Assembly: GCA_965248575.1 (NCBI GenBank)
Contig: CBDFJQ010000002.1
Span: 3,202,153 to 3,266,152 of the forward strand
From: Planctomycetota bacterium
GTDB lineage: Bacteria; Planctomycetota; B15-G4
Direction: 5' to 3'
DNA: 64,000 nucleotides
In this document: in pieces, positions 55,590 through 64,000 of the stretch
How positions within the stretch are numbered: position 1 is the stretch's first letter
Layout of the letters: each line of letters opens with the position of its first letter
The notes under the pieces: model-generated
Told to the model about the DNA's origin: nothing
What the model saw: the letters and a program-made list of their open reading frames with translations, nothing else
Database searches by the model: none
Program-made: the position numbers and the translations under genes

Positions 55590-57296
55590 TCAGCCGGCAG
55601 GGAGGGTGTCAGCGTCCATGCGCAGGCGCCGTAGGGATTGCGCTTGCCACCAGATGACAGGCAGCAGGAGCAGCGCCCCGAATTCCTGACCTGCTGGCAG
55701 CAACTGGACCCCATGCATCACTGCAGCCATGACACCCACCAGCAGGAAGCCGAGCAGCATGAGCCCCGTACTCTGAGCCTGCTTCGCGGTGAACTGGCGG
55801 CTGAACGGGAAGGCCGTGACCGCGATGCGTCGAGCCACCAAGAGCAGCAAGCACACGGCGAACAGCCCCCCGAAGACGATGTCCATGAGCGGTGCCTGCT
55901 CCTCCATCACCTTGGCCGCGACGAGCACCACCACCATCCACGGCAGAAGGAACGCAAAAGCCACACCCTTGATGACGCCCGAAACGAAGAGCCCAGGGCG
56001 CTCCATGGGAGAGGCGGCATACAACCAGGCCGCATCGGGCGTGTCACTGAAGCGAACCTGCAGCAGGATCATGATCCCGTAGATCACGGGCAGCACCGAG
56101 CCCGAGAGGAAGATGGTCTGTCCGCCGCCTCCGTGGGGTGACAGCGCGGACCAGAGGAACATCACGAAGGGCACCATCAGCAGCGGATAGACGCGGCTCC
56201 GGAAGCCCTTCTCGCGTCGACTCAACGCCAGGAACACATCGAAACCCGCCTGCTCCAGGCCAGGCAAGACGAGCCGCTGCGCCCAACGGCTGATCATGCC
56301 GCGCCGAACGACCACATCCCCACCGCCATGATTCAGGGAAGCCAGCCCCGTGGCTAGACGCGGTCCCGCCAGACGGAGCATGAGCCACAGCGACGCAACA
56401 GGCACGACCGCGGCCAGGGAGAGCAGAGCGTAGGCCAACACATCCTGCCGCCCGGCCAGCACGCCGTACAAACCCCCAAACCAGTAGGGCGGAATCAGGG
56501 CCTGCTGCGCGTGGTCCTCCCGGATCCAGGCGTTCACCGTGTCATTCATGATCAGGCCCAGGCCCAGGTAGTAGCCACCGAAGACCGCGAAGCTGGCAAC
56601 CATCTGTGCTCGCAACAGCACGGCAGACAGCCGCTCACCGTCGAGACGTTGCAACAAGATCAGGAACACGATCATGAGCGCCGACATCACCAACACGCCA
56701 CTCAGCATCGACAGCACTGGGAACGTGAGCATCCAGAGCAGCGTGTCGTCGCGCGTGAAACCGACGAGCCACGACGGCAGCAGGAGACACAGGACGGGCA
56801 CGGCCATGTAGAGCACGAAATGCGCCACGCGGGCCAGCAACAGGGTGCGCCCACTCACGGGCCGCGGAGCCAGCAGGTAGGCCTCCGCCGGATCGATGAG
56901 CGAAGGCAGGTAGTCCGACACCAACAACATGCCCAGCATGACCATGAAGAAGCCCTGCACCGCCGCCATTGAACGCGTAGCGTCTGGCTCCAGCAGGGCC
57001 ACTGCGGCGGCAATCATCAACCCCATGACCAGGAACATGAAGCAGGAGATCCACAGACCGCCCTTGTCCGGGTTCTGGGGGTTCCGCAGCCCGCCTGTGC
57101 GCATGTCGATCCGCAGCCGCGCCTCGAGGATGGCCCTGCAGGCCGCAGGGTCGGCGCCGAGGCGGCCTGCGACGCCAGCCGCCGCTCCAGCGCTGCGCAG
57201 CAGAACTCGCAGGAGCCCGCGATCCCGGGAGACCTCCGGGGCCTCGGTAGCGCGCTTCCTACGCATCGCTCGCTCCCGACGGCTCATATCCGCCAC
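55590..57296 (-). CDS. multi-pass membrane protein, putative permease partner of the adjacent ABC ATPase
   Basis: About 560 aa with at least 10 hydrophobic helices after a basic N-terminus. It overlaps the end of the ATPase gene. The true start may be the internal Met at 57287 or 57266. Confidence 0.65.
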   Translation of the reverse strand: MADMSRRERAMRRKRATEAPEVSRDRGLLRVLLRSAGAAAGVAGRLGADPAACRAILEARLRIDMRTGGLRNPQNPDKGGLWISCFMFLVMGLMIAAAVALLEPDATRSMAAVQGFFMVMLGMLLVSDYLPSLIDPAEAYLLAPRPVSGRTLLLARVAHFVLYMAVPVLCLLLPSWLVGFTRDDTLLWMLTFPVLSMLSGVLVMSALMIVFLILLQRLDGERLSAVLLRAQMVASFAVFGGYYLGLGLIMNDTVNAWIREDHAQQALIPPYWFGGLYGVLAGRQDVLAYALLSLAAVVPVASLWLMLRLAGPRLATGLASLNHGGGDVVVRRGMISRWAQRLVLPGLEQAGFDVFLALSRREKGFRSRVYPLLMVPFVMFLWSALSPHGGGGQTIFLSGSVLPVIYGIMILLQVRFSDTPDAAWLYAASPMERPGLFVSGVIKGVAFAFLLPWMVVVLVAAKVMEEQAPLMDIVFGGLFAVCLLLLVARRIAVTAFPFSRQFTAKQAQSTGLMLLGFLLVGVMAAVMHGVQLLPAGQEFGALLLLPVIWWQAQSLRRLRMDADTLPAG

Positions 57297-58071
57297 CTTC
57301 TCGCATGGCCGCCAGCACGTCCTGCACCGCTGCCTCTTCGCCGCCGGTCCCCGTCAACTCTGCAAAGATGTCCTCGAGGCTGCCGCCTGCGCGCGCCGCA
57401 GCGAGTTCCTGGTAGGAGCCATCGGCAACGATGTTCCCGCCCGACAGGATGACGATCCGATCGCACACCCGCTCGACAACATCCATCATGTGCGAGCAGT
57501 AGAAGACCGTCTTGCCTCCGTCAGCCAAGGCGCGGATGAGGGTCTTCACCAGGATCGTCGAGGCCACGTCTAGGCCCGAGAGCGGTTCGTCGAGGAACAG
57601 CACTTTCGGATCGTGCAGCAATGCGGAGGCCAGCAGCACTTTCTGTCGCTGCCCTCGAGAGAGCGCACCCAAGCGCGAGTTCATGCGGTTGCCCAGGCCA
57701 AAGACCTCCATGATCGCGTTCGCGCGGTGCCGCCCCAAGTCGTCGGGCAAACCGTGCAGGCGCGACACGAGCTCCAGGTGCTCCCGCATCGACAGCGCGT
57801 CGTAGAGCTGCGCATTCTCCGGGACGTAGCCCACTCGCGCCTTGACAGCCATCGGCTCCAGGCGGACGTCCAGGCCATCGACCTCCACCGTGCCGAAGAA
57901 GTCGTCGAGCAAGCCCATCAGGATCTTGATCGTGGTGCTCTTGCCGGCACCGTTCGGCCCGATGTAACCCAACACCTGCCCCGGGAACACCTCGAGGTCG
58001 ATGCCCTCCAACACGGCTTTGAGCGTGTAGGACTTCTTCAATCCGACGAGTCGGATGGTGGGTGTGGTCAT
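57259..58071 (-). CDS. ABC transporter ATP-binding protein
   Basis: Walker A is GPNGAGKST. The Q-loop is present. The signature is LSRGQRQKV, Walker B is LFLDEPLSGLD, and the H-loop is CSH. Confidence 0.95.
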   Translation of the reverse strand: MTTPTIRLVGLKKSYTLKAVLEGIDLEVFPGQVLGYIGPNGAGKSTTIKILMGLLDDFFGTVEVDGLDVRLEPMAVKARVGYVPENAQLYDALSMREHLELVSRLHGLPDDLGRHRANAIMEVFGLGNRMNSRLGALSRGQRQKVLLASALLHDPKVLFLDEPLSGLDVASTILVKTLIRALADGGKTVFYCSHMMDVVERVCDRIVILSGGNIVADGSYQELAAARAGGSLEDIFAELTGTGGEEAAVQDVLAAMREGGGYEPSGASDA

Positions 58072-58098
58072 GCTGTTCCCCCTGCTTACCTCGGGCAG

Positions 58099-60354
58099 CT
58101 AGGCCGGTTCAAGGCGGGCATACTCCGCCATGAGTTGCTTCTCCCCGAAGCGCTCGAACTTGACGGTGATGCGTGCCTTGGCGCCGACCCCGGCCACGGC
58201 AACCACGACGCCCTGGCCGAAATGGGCGTGACGCACCCGCTGGCGAACACGCGGAATGTCCACGTCCTGGTAGTCGTCTGCGCTCGGGACGTAGGACACA
58301 CTCTCCGCCTCGCCCACGCTCTGGGGTGCCTGGTCACTGCCCGAGCTGCCCCATGCGCTGCCCGAGGAGCCGCCCCAGGAACCGCCCCAGCCACCCGAAC
58401 CGCCCCCGCGCCCGGCACGGCTGCCGCTGCGCCGGTCGTCCTGCTGGATGTGCTCGACCGGCAGTTCATCCAGGAAGCGTGACGGCATGCTGGGCGCCCA
58501 CTGGCCGTGCAGCACCCGCCGCCCGGCATGGCTCATGACCAGCCGGCGTTGCGCTCGCGTGATGCCCACGTAGCAGAGGCGACGTTCCTCCTGGACCTCC
58601 GCCTCGCTCTCCATGGAGCGCTGGTGCGGCAGCAGTCCTTCTTCCATCCCCACCATGAACACCACGGGGAACTCCAGACCCTTGGCGGCGTGCAAGGTCA
58701 TCATGGTGATGCGCTGGGCGCTGCCGTCGTATTGATCGACGTCCGAGACCAGGGCCGTCTCCTCGAGGAATCCCGCCACGCTGGCTTCGCTGGCTGCGCG
58801 TTCATAGGCCGCAAGGGCCGCCTGCAGTTCGCCCACGTTCTCCAGCCGGTCGGCACCCTCGGTGCCACCGAAGTCCCGCAGATAGGCTTCGAAAGCGGTG
58901 GTGTCGATGATGGCCTGCAGGGTCTCGCCCGGCGTGCCTTCGATGGTGTGCTGCAGCTCGTCCATCAACTTGCTGAAGGCCAGCAAGGCCTTCTTGGGGC
59001 GCGCTGAGAGGGTCGGCACCTCCGCCGCGCGGCGCGCGGCTTCCCGGGGGCCGATGCCCTGGGGCAATGCCCAGGCACGCAGGCGCTCCAAGGACGTCTT
59101 GCCGATGCCGCGGGTCGGGGTGTTCACGATGCGCAGGAAGGACACAGCGTCCCTGGGGTTGGCCAGCACCTTGAGGTAGGCCAGCAGGTCCTTCACCTCC
59201 TTGCGCTCGTAGAACTCCACGGCGCCCACGATCTCGTAGGACACATTGCGCAAGCGCAGCGCCCGCTCCAGGCCCCGCGAAAGCGCGTTGGTGCGATAGA
59301 AGATGGCGATGTCCGAGAGCGGGATACCCTCGTCCTGTGCTTCGTCGACCAGACGCACCACGGCGTCGGCCTCGGCCTCCTCGTCGTCGCACGACAGCAC
59401 CGTGACCTTCTCGCCGTCGCCCAGCTCGCTCCACAGATCGCCCAGCAGCCGGCCCGAGTTGTTGTCGATGACGGCAGAAGCCGCAGCCAGGATGTGATTC
59501 GTGCTGCGGTAGTTCTGGTCCAGGCGCACCACGTGGGCGCCGGGGAAGTCCCGCTCGAAGTCGAGGATGTTCTGGACCCGCGCGCCGCGCCAGCGATAGA
59601 TGGACTGGTCCGGGTCACCTGTGGCGCACATGTTTCCGTGCCCCTCGGCGATGCTGCGCGCGATGCGGTACTGGATCAGGTTCGTGTCCTGATACTCGTC
59701 GACGAGCACATGGCGGTAGCGCTGCCGGTACTTGTCGAGGGTCTCCGGCTGCTTGTCGAAGAGCTCCACGACCTTGAGCAGGAGGTCATCAAAGTCCGCC
59801 GCATTGGCCTGGGCCAACGCCTCCACGTAGCGGGCATAGACCCTGGCCACCACGCGGTCGAAACTCGACATGGCGTCCGCCTCGGCCTCCTCTGGCTCCA
59901 TGCAGTCGTTCTTCAGGCGTGAGATGGACCACAGAAGCGCCCGGGGCCGGAAGCTCTGACTGTCGATCCCGAGCTCCTGGCAGATGTCCCGCACCATCGC
60001 GGTCTGATCGTTGGTGTCGTAGATGCTGAAATCCCGCCCCAGCCCGACGCCCTCGCCGTCCACGCGCAGCACCCGGGCACAGAAACCGTGGAAGGTGGCC
60101 AGGGTCACGCGGCTGTCGCCTACGAGCGTCTGCACACGTTCCCGCATCTCGCCGGCGGCCTTGTTCGTGAAGGTGATCGCCAGGATCTCCCAAGGCCTGA
60201 CGCCTCGGTCGATCAGGCTGGCGATGCGGCGGGTGATCACGCGGGTCTTGCCACTTCCCGCACCAGCCACGATCAGCAGGGGCCCATCGCCATAGGCGAC
60301 GGCCTCGCTCTGAGGCTCGTTGAGATGGGCGAGGAGATCGTCGCTGCTGGTCAC
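58099..60354 (-). CDS. uvrD: UvrD/PcrA-type ATP-dependent DNA helicase with a Gly/Ser/Trp-rich linker and a C-terminal Tudor-like domain
   Basis: Motifs: AGAGSGKTRVITRRIA, ILAITFTNKAAGEMRER, VLVDEYQDTN, GDPDQSIYRWRGA, YRS, TLHAAKGLEFPVVF, RRLCYVGITRA. The C-terminus is RVRHAHFGQGVV..KFERFGEKQLM. Confidence 0.95.
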   Translation of the reverse strand: MTSSDDLLAHLNEPQSEAVAYGDGPLLIVAGAGSGKTRVITRRIASLIDRGVRPWEILAITFTNKAAGEMRERVQTLVGDSRVTLATFHGFCARVLRVDGEGVGLGRDFSIYDTNDQTAMVRDICQELGIDSQSFRPRALLWSISRLKNDCMEPEEAEADAMSSFDRVVARVYARYVEALAQANAADFDDLLLKVVELFDKQPETLDKYRQRYRHVLVDEYQDTNLIQYRIARSIAEGHGNMCATGDPDQSIYRWRGARVQNILDFERDFPGAHVVRLDQNYRSTNHILAAASAVIDNNSGRLLGDLWSELGDGEKVTVLSCDDEEAEADAVVRLVDEAQDEGIPLSDIAIFYRTNALSRGLERALRLRNVSYEIVGAVEFYERKEVKDLLAYLKVLANPRDAVSFLRIVNTPTRGIGKTSLERLRAWALPQGIGPREAARRAAEVPTLSARPKKALLAFSKLMDELQHTIEGTPGETLQAIIDTTAFEAYLRDFGGTEGADRLENVGELQAALAAYERAASEASVAGFLEETALVSDVDQYDGSAQRITMMTLHAAKGLEFPVVFMVGMEEGLLPHQRSMESEAEVQEERRLCYVGITRAQRRLVMSHAGRRVLHGQWAPSMPSRFLDELPVEHIQQDDRRSGSRAGRGGGSGGWGGSWGGSSGSAWGSSGSDQAPQSVGEAESVSYVPSADDYQDVDIPRVRQRVRHAHFGQGVVVAVAGVGAKARITVKFERFGEKQLMAEYARLEPA

Positions 60355-60459
60355 GTGATGCGGCTCCGCGGGTGCGGGCGCATCCTCGCATCCTGAAGCT
60401 GCCCCGTGCAGCTTTCGGGCACAGCTTTCAGGTGCAGCGAGCCACCTTGCAAGACAGGC

Positions 60460-61209
60460 TCAGCGGATCAGGATCTCCATGGTGCCGCCTGTCGCAGCGA
60501 TCCGTGCGGCGGCGACATGCACGTCACCGGCGTTGTCCGTTGACAGGACCACAACCGAGACGTGGCCGCTCGTGAGCAGGTGGCCATAGCTGTCCACCAG
60601 CTTCTGGAAGGCGTTCAGGTTGACCGTGGCCACGCCGCCCACAGGCAGCACGGTGGAGACACCCGCCGGAATACCGGAGGGATCAGCCAAGAGCTCCTCG
60701 ATGGAATCGAGGGTGTCGACGCTGAAGAGAGCCTTCACGCTCACGGCGTCCACCGGCGATTTGAGGATGGCCTGCAAGGAACCCTCGCCCATGTAGGGCA
60801 TGTTCAGGGACATGCGGCCTTGGATTGCCAAGCCTTCGTTCAGGACTTGGACGGGCAAATCCGTGACAGGTCCCGCCGTCATGCTGGGTTCGCCCACGTC
60901 GGCGTTGTTCGGGCTCGCGTTCTCGACATAGCTCGTGCCGGTTTCGCCCAAGAGATCCACAACCAGCTGACCCATGTCGTCGTCGGGGTCGGTCTCCGTG
61001 ACGCCCAAGCCGATCTGGAGGTCGGTCGGGTCCTCGGAAGAGGACGATGAATCCCCATCAGACGGATCGTCGGTGACGGTCGGCAGCCCCCAGTCGTCGT
61101 CGGGATCGCCTGCGGAGGCGCCCGTCGCGAGGAAGAGGCAAAGGAAGCCACAGATCAGCGGACAGAGGATGCTGAAGCCGAAGCGAGGTGAGATGATAAG
61201 GGCCTTCAT
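60460..61209 (-). CDS. secreted hypothetical protein with an acidic Asp/Ser-rich N-terminal region
   Basis: Signal-like MKALIISPRFGFSILCPLICGFLCLFLATGASA is followed by DPDDDWGLPTVTDDPSDGDSSSSSEDP. It is the last gene of the sigma/anti-sigma cluster. Confidence 0.6.
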   Translation of the reverse strand: MKALIISPRFGFSILCPLICGFLCLFLATGASAGDPDDDWGLPTVTDDPSDGDSSSSSEDPTDLQIGLGVTETDPDDDMGQLVVDLLGETGTSYVENASPNNADVGEPSMTAGPVTDLPVQVLNEGLAIQGRMSLNMPYMGEGSLQAILKSPVDAVSVKALFSVDTLDSIEELLADPSGIPAGVSTVLPVGGVATVNLNAFQKLVDSYGHLLTSGHVSVVVLSTDNAGDVHVAAARIAATGGTMEILIR

Positions 61210-61221
61210 GATCACGTCCAA

Positions 61222-62334
61222 TCAGGCAGCGAACAGCGCTGGTGCCCTCGAAGCGAGGGTCTGTTTCATGGTGATGTTCTGGTCGAGCAGTGCCTGGAAG
61301 TAGGACTTCCTGGAGAGCAGGTCCCGAATCTGTGGAAGTCGAGCCGGGAACCGACCGGCGAGGTCGGCAAACGTCTCGACAGACTTTTCAATCTCCCCAG
61401 CCTTCGCGTAGTTCACTGCGAGGTTGAGGAAGGATGGGAAGAGCCCCGCTTCCACATCTCCATCGTTCGAAGCGCTCGAGACGACTTCCTCGTAGCACTC
61501 GATGGCACGGCGATAGTCGCCTCCTTCAGCGTGCAAACGCCCAAGCGCTTGCACGGCTTGCAACTTGAGCAAGGTTGTCCGCCCCTCCAGGTACACCTTG
61601 CGAAACTGAATGCGCGCCCGATCGGCCCGGCCGACGGTCGCATGACGGAAGCCGAGGTACAGCCGGGCTTCGTCGAGTGTGGGGTCCAGGGCGAGAGCTT
61701 CCTCGAGGAAGCGCCGCGCACGGGTCAGCGTGGCCGACCCCCGGCGAGGTGAACCGAAGAGCTGCCGCGAACGACGGAACAACAGACCCGTCCCGCTGCG
61801 CTCGCCACCCATGCCATCGAGAGCCTCGGCCTCTTTCAGTTCCCGGCGAGCCTTGGCTTCCGTGGAACGCATGGGCAACGGCCGGGACGTGTGAGCGACA
61901 GACTGACGTCGCTTCTCGCCCAGAGCGCGATTGCCGGCCAGGGCATAGGCCTTGCCGATCTCATAGAAGAGGCGGGCAAGACTCTGGCGCTTCTCGTCCA
62001 CCAGATTGCGACTGAGGGACGCGAGCAGCCCCGCAGGGTTCACGAGCCCCGCCAGACGGCTGTCACTCTCGGACTCGACCTCTCCTTCGGTACCTCCTTC
62101 GGCACCGGAGTCGACAGCCGAATGGGCGTTCCGATTCATCTCGGAGAACTGGCGCAGGGTCGTCGTGTAGTCGTGGCAACCCGCGCAGCCACCCATGTGC
62201 TCCACCAACCGCTGAATCGGACTTTGAACCGAAGCTTCCTGCGATTCGGCCCCCAACTCGCCGTCCACGTACGCGCTGAGATCCTCGACGTAGTCGGGGC
62301 AGGGTTGGGTGTGTGTGTTGATGGGAGCGTTCAT
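61222..62334 (-). CDS. anti-sigma factor (zf-HC2-type N-terminus) fused to TPR-like repeats
   Basis: The N-terminus is CPDYVEDLSAYVDGEL...HMGGCAGCHDY (the H-x3-C-x2-C motif). TPR-like helices lie in the C-terminal half. The start overlaps the sigma gene's stop in an ATGA at 62331-62334. Confidence 0.75.
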   Translation of the reverse strand: MNAPINTHTQPCPDYVEDLSAYVDGELGAESQEASVQSPIQRLVEHMGGCAGCHDYTTTLRQFSEMNRNAHSAVDSGAEGGTEGEVESESDSRLAGLVNPAGLLASLSRNLVDEKRQSLARLFYEIGKAYALAGNRALGEKRRQSVAHTSRPLPMRSTEAKARRELKEAEALDGMGGERSGTGLLFRRSRQLFGSPRRGSATLTRARRFLEEALALDPTLDEARLYLGFRHATVGRADRARIQFRKVYLEGRTTLLKLQAVQALGRLHAEGGDYRRAIECYEEVVSSASNDGDVEAGLFPSFLNLAVNYAKAGEIEKSVETFADLAGRFPARLPQIRDLLSRKSYFQALLDQNITMKQTLASRAPALFAA

Positions 62335-63251
62335 GATTTTTGGGTCCCCAAGACGCGGACCATGGACTGGAAAATCTTCTTCCGAGCGCGACACACGACC
62401 ATCTTGAAGTTCTCCAGTCGAATGCCTAGCACTTCGGTTGCGTCGCGGTAACCCATCCCCTGCACCTCCACAAGCTCCAGGGCCAGGCGGTCGCGGTCCT
62501 TCAACTCGTGCTCATAGGCATGCAGGTAAAGGGCCAGCATGAGGCCGTAGACCCGGCGACAGCGGGCAGATGTCTCAGCATCCTCGGAGACCTGCGCGGG
62601 GGTTGCGGTGTTCTCATCCTCGAGAACATCCGCGAGCATCGCCGCAGGAATGCCATCCCGGACCGAGTGCGAAAGGTGCCGATACACCGTGTTGCGAATG
62701 ATGGAATAGGACCAATTGCGGAAGGCGTTCGGCTTCTCGGCGCGGAAGCGGGTGGGGTAGCGGTAGATGGCCAGGAAGGCCTCTTGAAGGATGTCGTTGG
62801 GGTCGGCGCGGGAGCCGCTCATGCGCATGATGCGCGCCGCGATCATGGAGAACGGCCGCACGTTCAGTTCGAAGAGCAGGCTGTAGGCCTCGACGCTCTT
62901 CAGCTCCCGAAACGCATCCATGAGCGCGTTGTTGAGGGCCTGGACTTCGCAGCCGGTTCCCTTGAGGACGGCTGCGGCCAGGAGCGGATGGCGGGTGAGT
63001 TCGGCCACAGAACGCGCCCGTTCGAGGGTCGCCTCGCTGATGTACTCCGGCGCGGGCTTGGCACGCTTCTTGGGCTTGGGCTTGGCGGCCGCTGTTGTGG
63101 TTTGGGCGGCCGGGCTCGGAGCTGTCGAAGCGGCGGCCTGGCGGGCTTTCGAGCTGCTGGGGACCGAGGCCTTGGCCAGCTCGGCCGCCTCGCCACCGCT
63201 CGTTTCGCCAGGCTCGGACAAAAGCTTCGCCTTCCTGCGTGAGGGCTCCAC
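62331..63251 (-). CDS. ECF-type sigma-70 family sigma factor with a ~100-aa Lys/Ala/Pro-rich N-terminal extension
   Basis: Region 2 is DILQEAFLAIYRYPTRFRAEKPNAFRNWSYSIIRNTVYRHL. Region 4 is RLALELVEVQGMGYRDATEVLGIRLENFKMVVCRARKKI. The N-terminal extension is AAKPKPKKRAKPAPE. Confidence 0.8.
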   Translation of the reverse strand: MEPSRRKAKLLSEPGETSGGEAAELAKASVPSSSKARQAAASTAPSPAAQTTTAAAKPKPKKRAKPAPEYISEATLERARSVAELTRHPLLAAAVLKGTGCEVQALNNALMDAFRELKSVEAYSLLFELNVRPFSMIAARIMRMSGSRADPNDILQEAFLAIYRYPTRFRAEKPNAFRNWSYSIIRNTVYRHLSHSVRDGIPAAMLADVLEDENTATPAQVSEDAETSARCRRVYGLMLALYLHAYEHELKDRDRLALELVEVQGMGYRDATEVLGIRLENFKMVVCRARKKIFQSMVRVLGTQKS

Positions 63252-63413
63252 ACCGATTCCTGCGCCCCGGGGACTCCAGACCCGACCCGGACCATTCGGT
63301 GCCTCGTTTGGTCTGTATCCGGGACGTGACGCCGAGTCACATAAATGACACCAGAAATCTCGTCAGAGTGAAATTCCTGGCTCTCTGACCCGGTTTGAAG
63401 CAGGTTGCTTGTC

Positions 63414-64000
63414 GTGCGCATCCTGCGACCGGCCCTGCTACTGACCTTCCTTGTGCTGGTCTTCTCGGCGATCGACCCCGTCTGGCGGATCGATCCTGAT
63501 GCCGCAGCCTACCTGAGTCTTGGCAAAGCGGTGGCTCAAGGTGAGGGCTACGTGCTGGGCGGTGAACTGCACGGAAAGTACCCGCCAGGCTGGCCGCTGC
63601 TGTTGGCAGGATTGGCGAGACTTGCCGATATCGAGGCCTATGGCCTGTTCCATGCCGCCTTGGCGGGGGCCTGGCTCGTGGCGGTCCTGCTCGCCTACGC
63701 CCTCAGCAAGCGTCTCGGCCTGGAGCCGTGGCCGGCCCTGGCGGTTGCTGCTTGCGTGGCCCTGTCCCAGACCCTCTTCGAACTCTCCATCCGGTATCTC
63801 CGGACCGAACCCTTGTTCCTGGCTCTCAGCCTCGCCGCCTTGCTGTGCATGCTGCGGGCCTTCGCGGACTCGCCCGACGCGACGTCGAAACGCCCATGGG
63901 GAACGGCCTTGCTAGCCGGTGCTCTGGTCGTGGCCTGCCTGTCCGTGCGCCTGGCGGGCGTCAGCCTCCTGGCCGTGCCCGCCGTGGCCTTGCTGCGCGG
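63414..64000 (+). CDS. GT-C-fold (ArnT/PMT, GT39/GT83-like) membrane glycosyltransferase, 5' partial (runs off the window)
   Basis: My own translation of the frame, which stays open from GTG 63414 to the window end: VRILRPALLLTFLVLVFSAIDPVWRIDPDAAAYLSLGKAVAQGEGYVLGGELHGKYPPGWPLLLAG... followed by further TM helices. This ORF is absent from the track because it has no stop. The 131-aa ORF 63520..63915 is in another frame and was rejected. Confidence 0.65.
   Translation, partial: MRILRPALLLTFLVLVFSAIDPVWRIDPDAAAYLSLGKAVAQGEGYVLGGELHGKYPPGWPLLLAGLARLADIEAYGLFHAALAGAWLVAVLLAYALSKRLGLEPWPALAVAACVALSQTLFELSIRYLRTEPLFLALSLAALLCMLRAFADSPDATSKRPWGTALLAGALVVACLSVRLAGVSLLAVPAVALLR

Noticed and set aside
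63520-63915. A 131-aa plus-strand ORF listed in the track.
   Set aside because: It is out of frame with the open, clearly membrane-protein-like frame starting at 63414, which carries GT-C-type motifs and runs off the window. Its translation is Arg/Pro/Trp/Cys-rich.

Overview
This is a 64 kb, high-GC (roughly 65%), gene-dense chromosomal segment from a Gram-negative bacterium. kdsA is present. The gene content is Planctomycetota-like: DUF1579, many sulfatase-like and FGE-like genes, zinc-ribbon/FHA proteins and a propeller-cytochrome fusion. That taxonomic call is inference only. I support about 50 protein-coding genes. I found no rRNA, tRNA, CRISPR array, IS element or prophage.

Recognisable content:
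- A dispersed propionyl-CoA to succinyl-CoA pathway: accC, BCCP, pccB, methylmalonyl-CoA epimerase, and the mutase catalytic subunit.
- valS, which is interrupted by a frameshift.
- kdsA, rluD, uvrD/pcrA, nagZ-ptsN, an SPFH/NfeD pair, and a lipoate-protein ligase family gene.
- Two sigma factors, one FliA-like and one ECF-like with its anti-sigma factor.
- An ABC transporter pair.
- Two paralogous sulfatase-like lipoproteins flanking a DUF455/ATP-grasp pair.

Most interesting observations:
1. A family of three 105-nt intergenic palindromic elements at 23131-23235, 32755-32859 and 38214-38318. Each has a conserved 43-nt core flanked by 31-nt arms. The arms differ strongly between copies but stay complementary within each copy, which is compensatory change. 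I cannot assign this family to any repeat or RNA class I know.
2. A 2-Cys peroxiredoxin whose peroxidatic Cys codon is an in-frame TGA, followed by a SECIS-like hairpin. This is a candidate selenoprotein.
3. A sigma70-like promoter plus a hairpin-T8 terminator in an AT-rich spot upstream of an FGE-like gene.
4. A frameshift in the essential valS gene.

Many long ORFs in the six-frame track are antisense or out-of-frame artefacts of the high GC content, and I rejected them.
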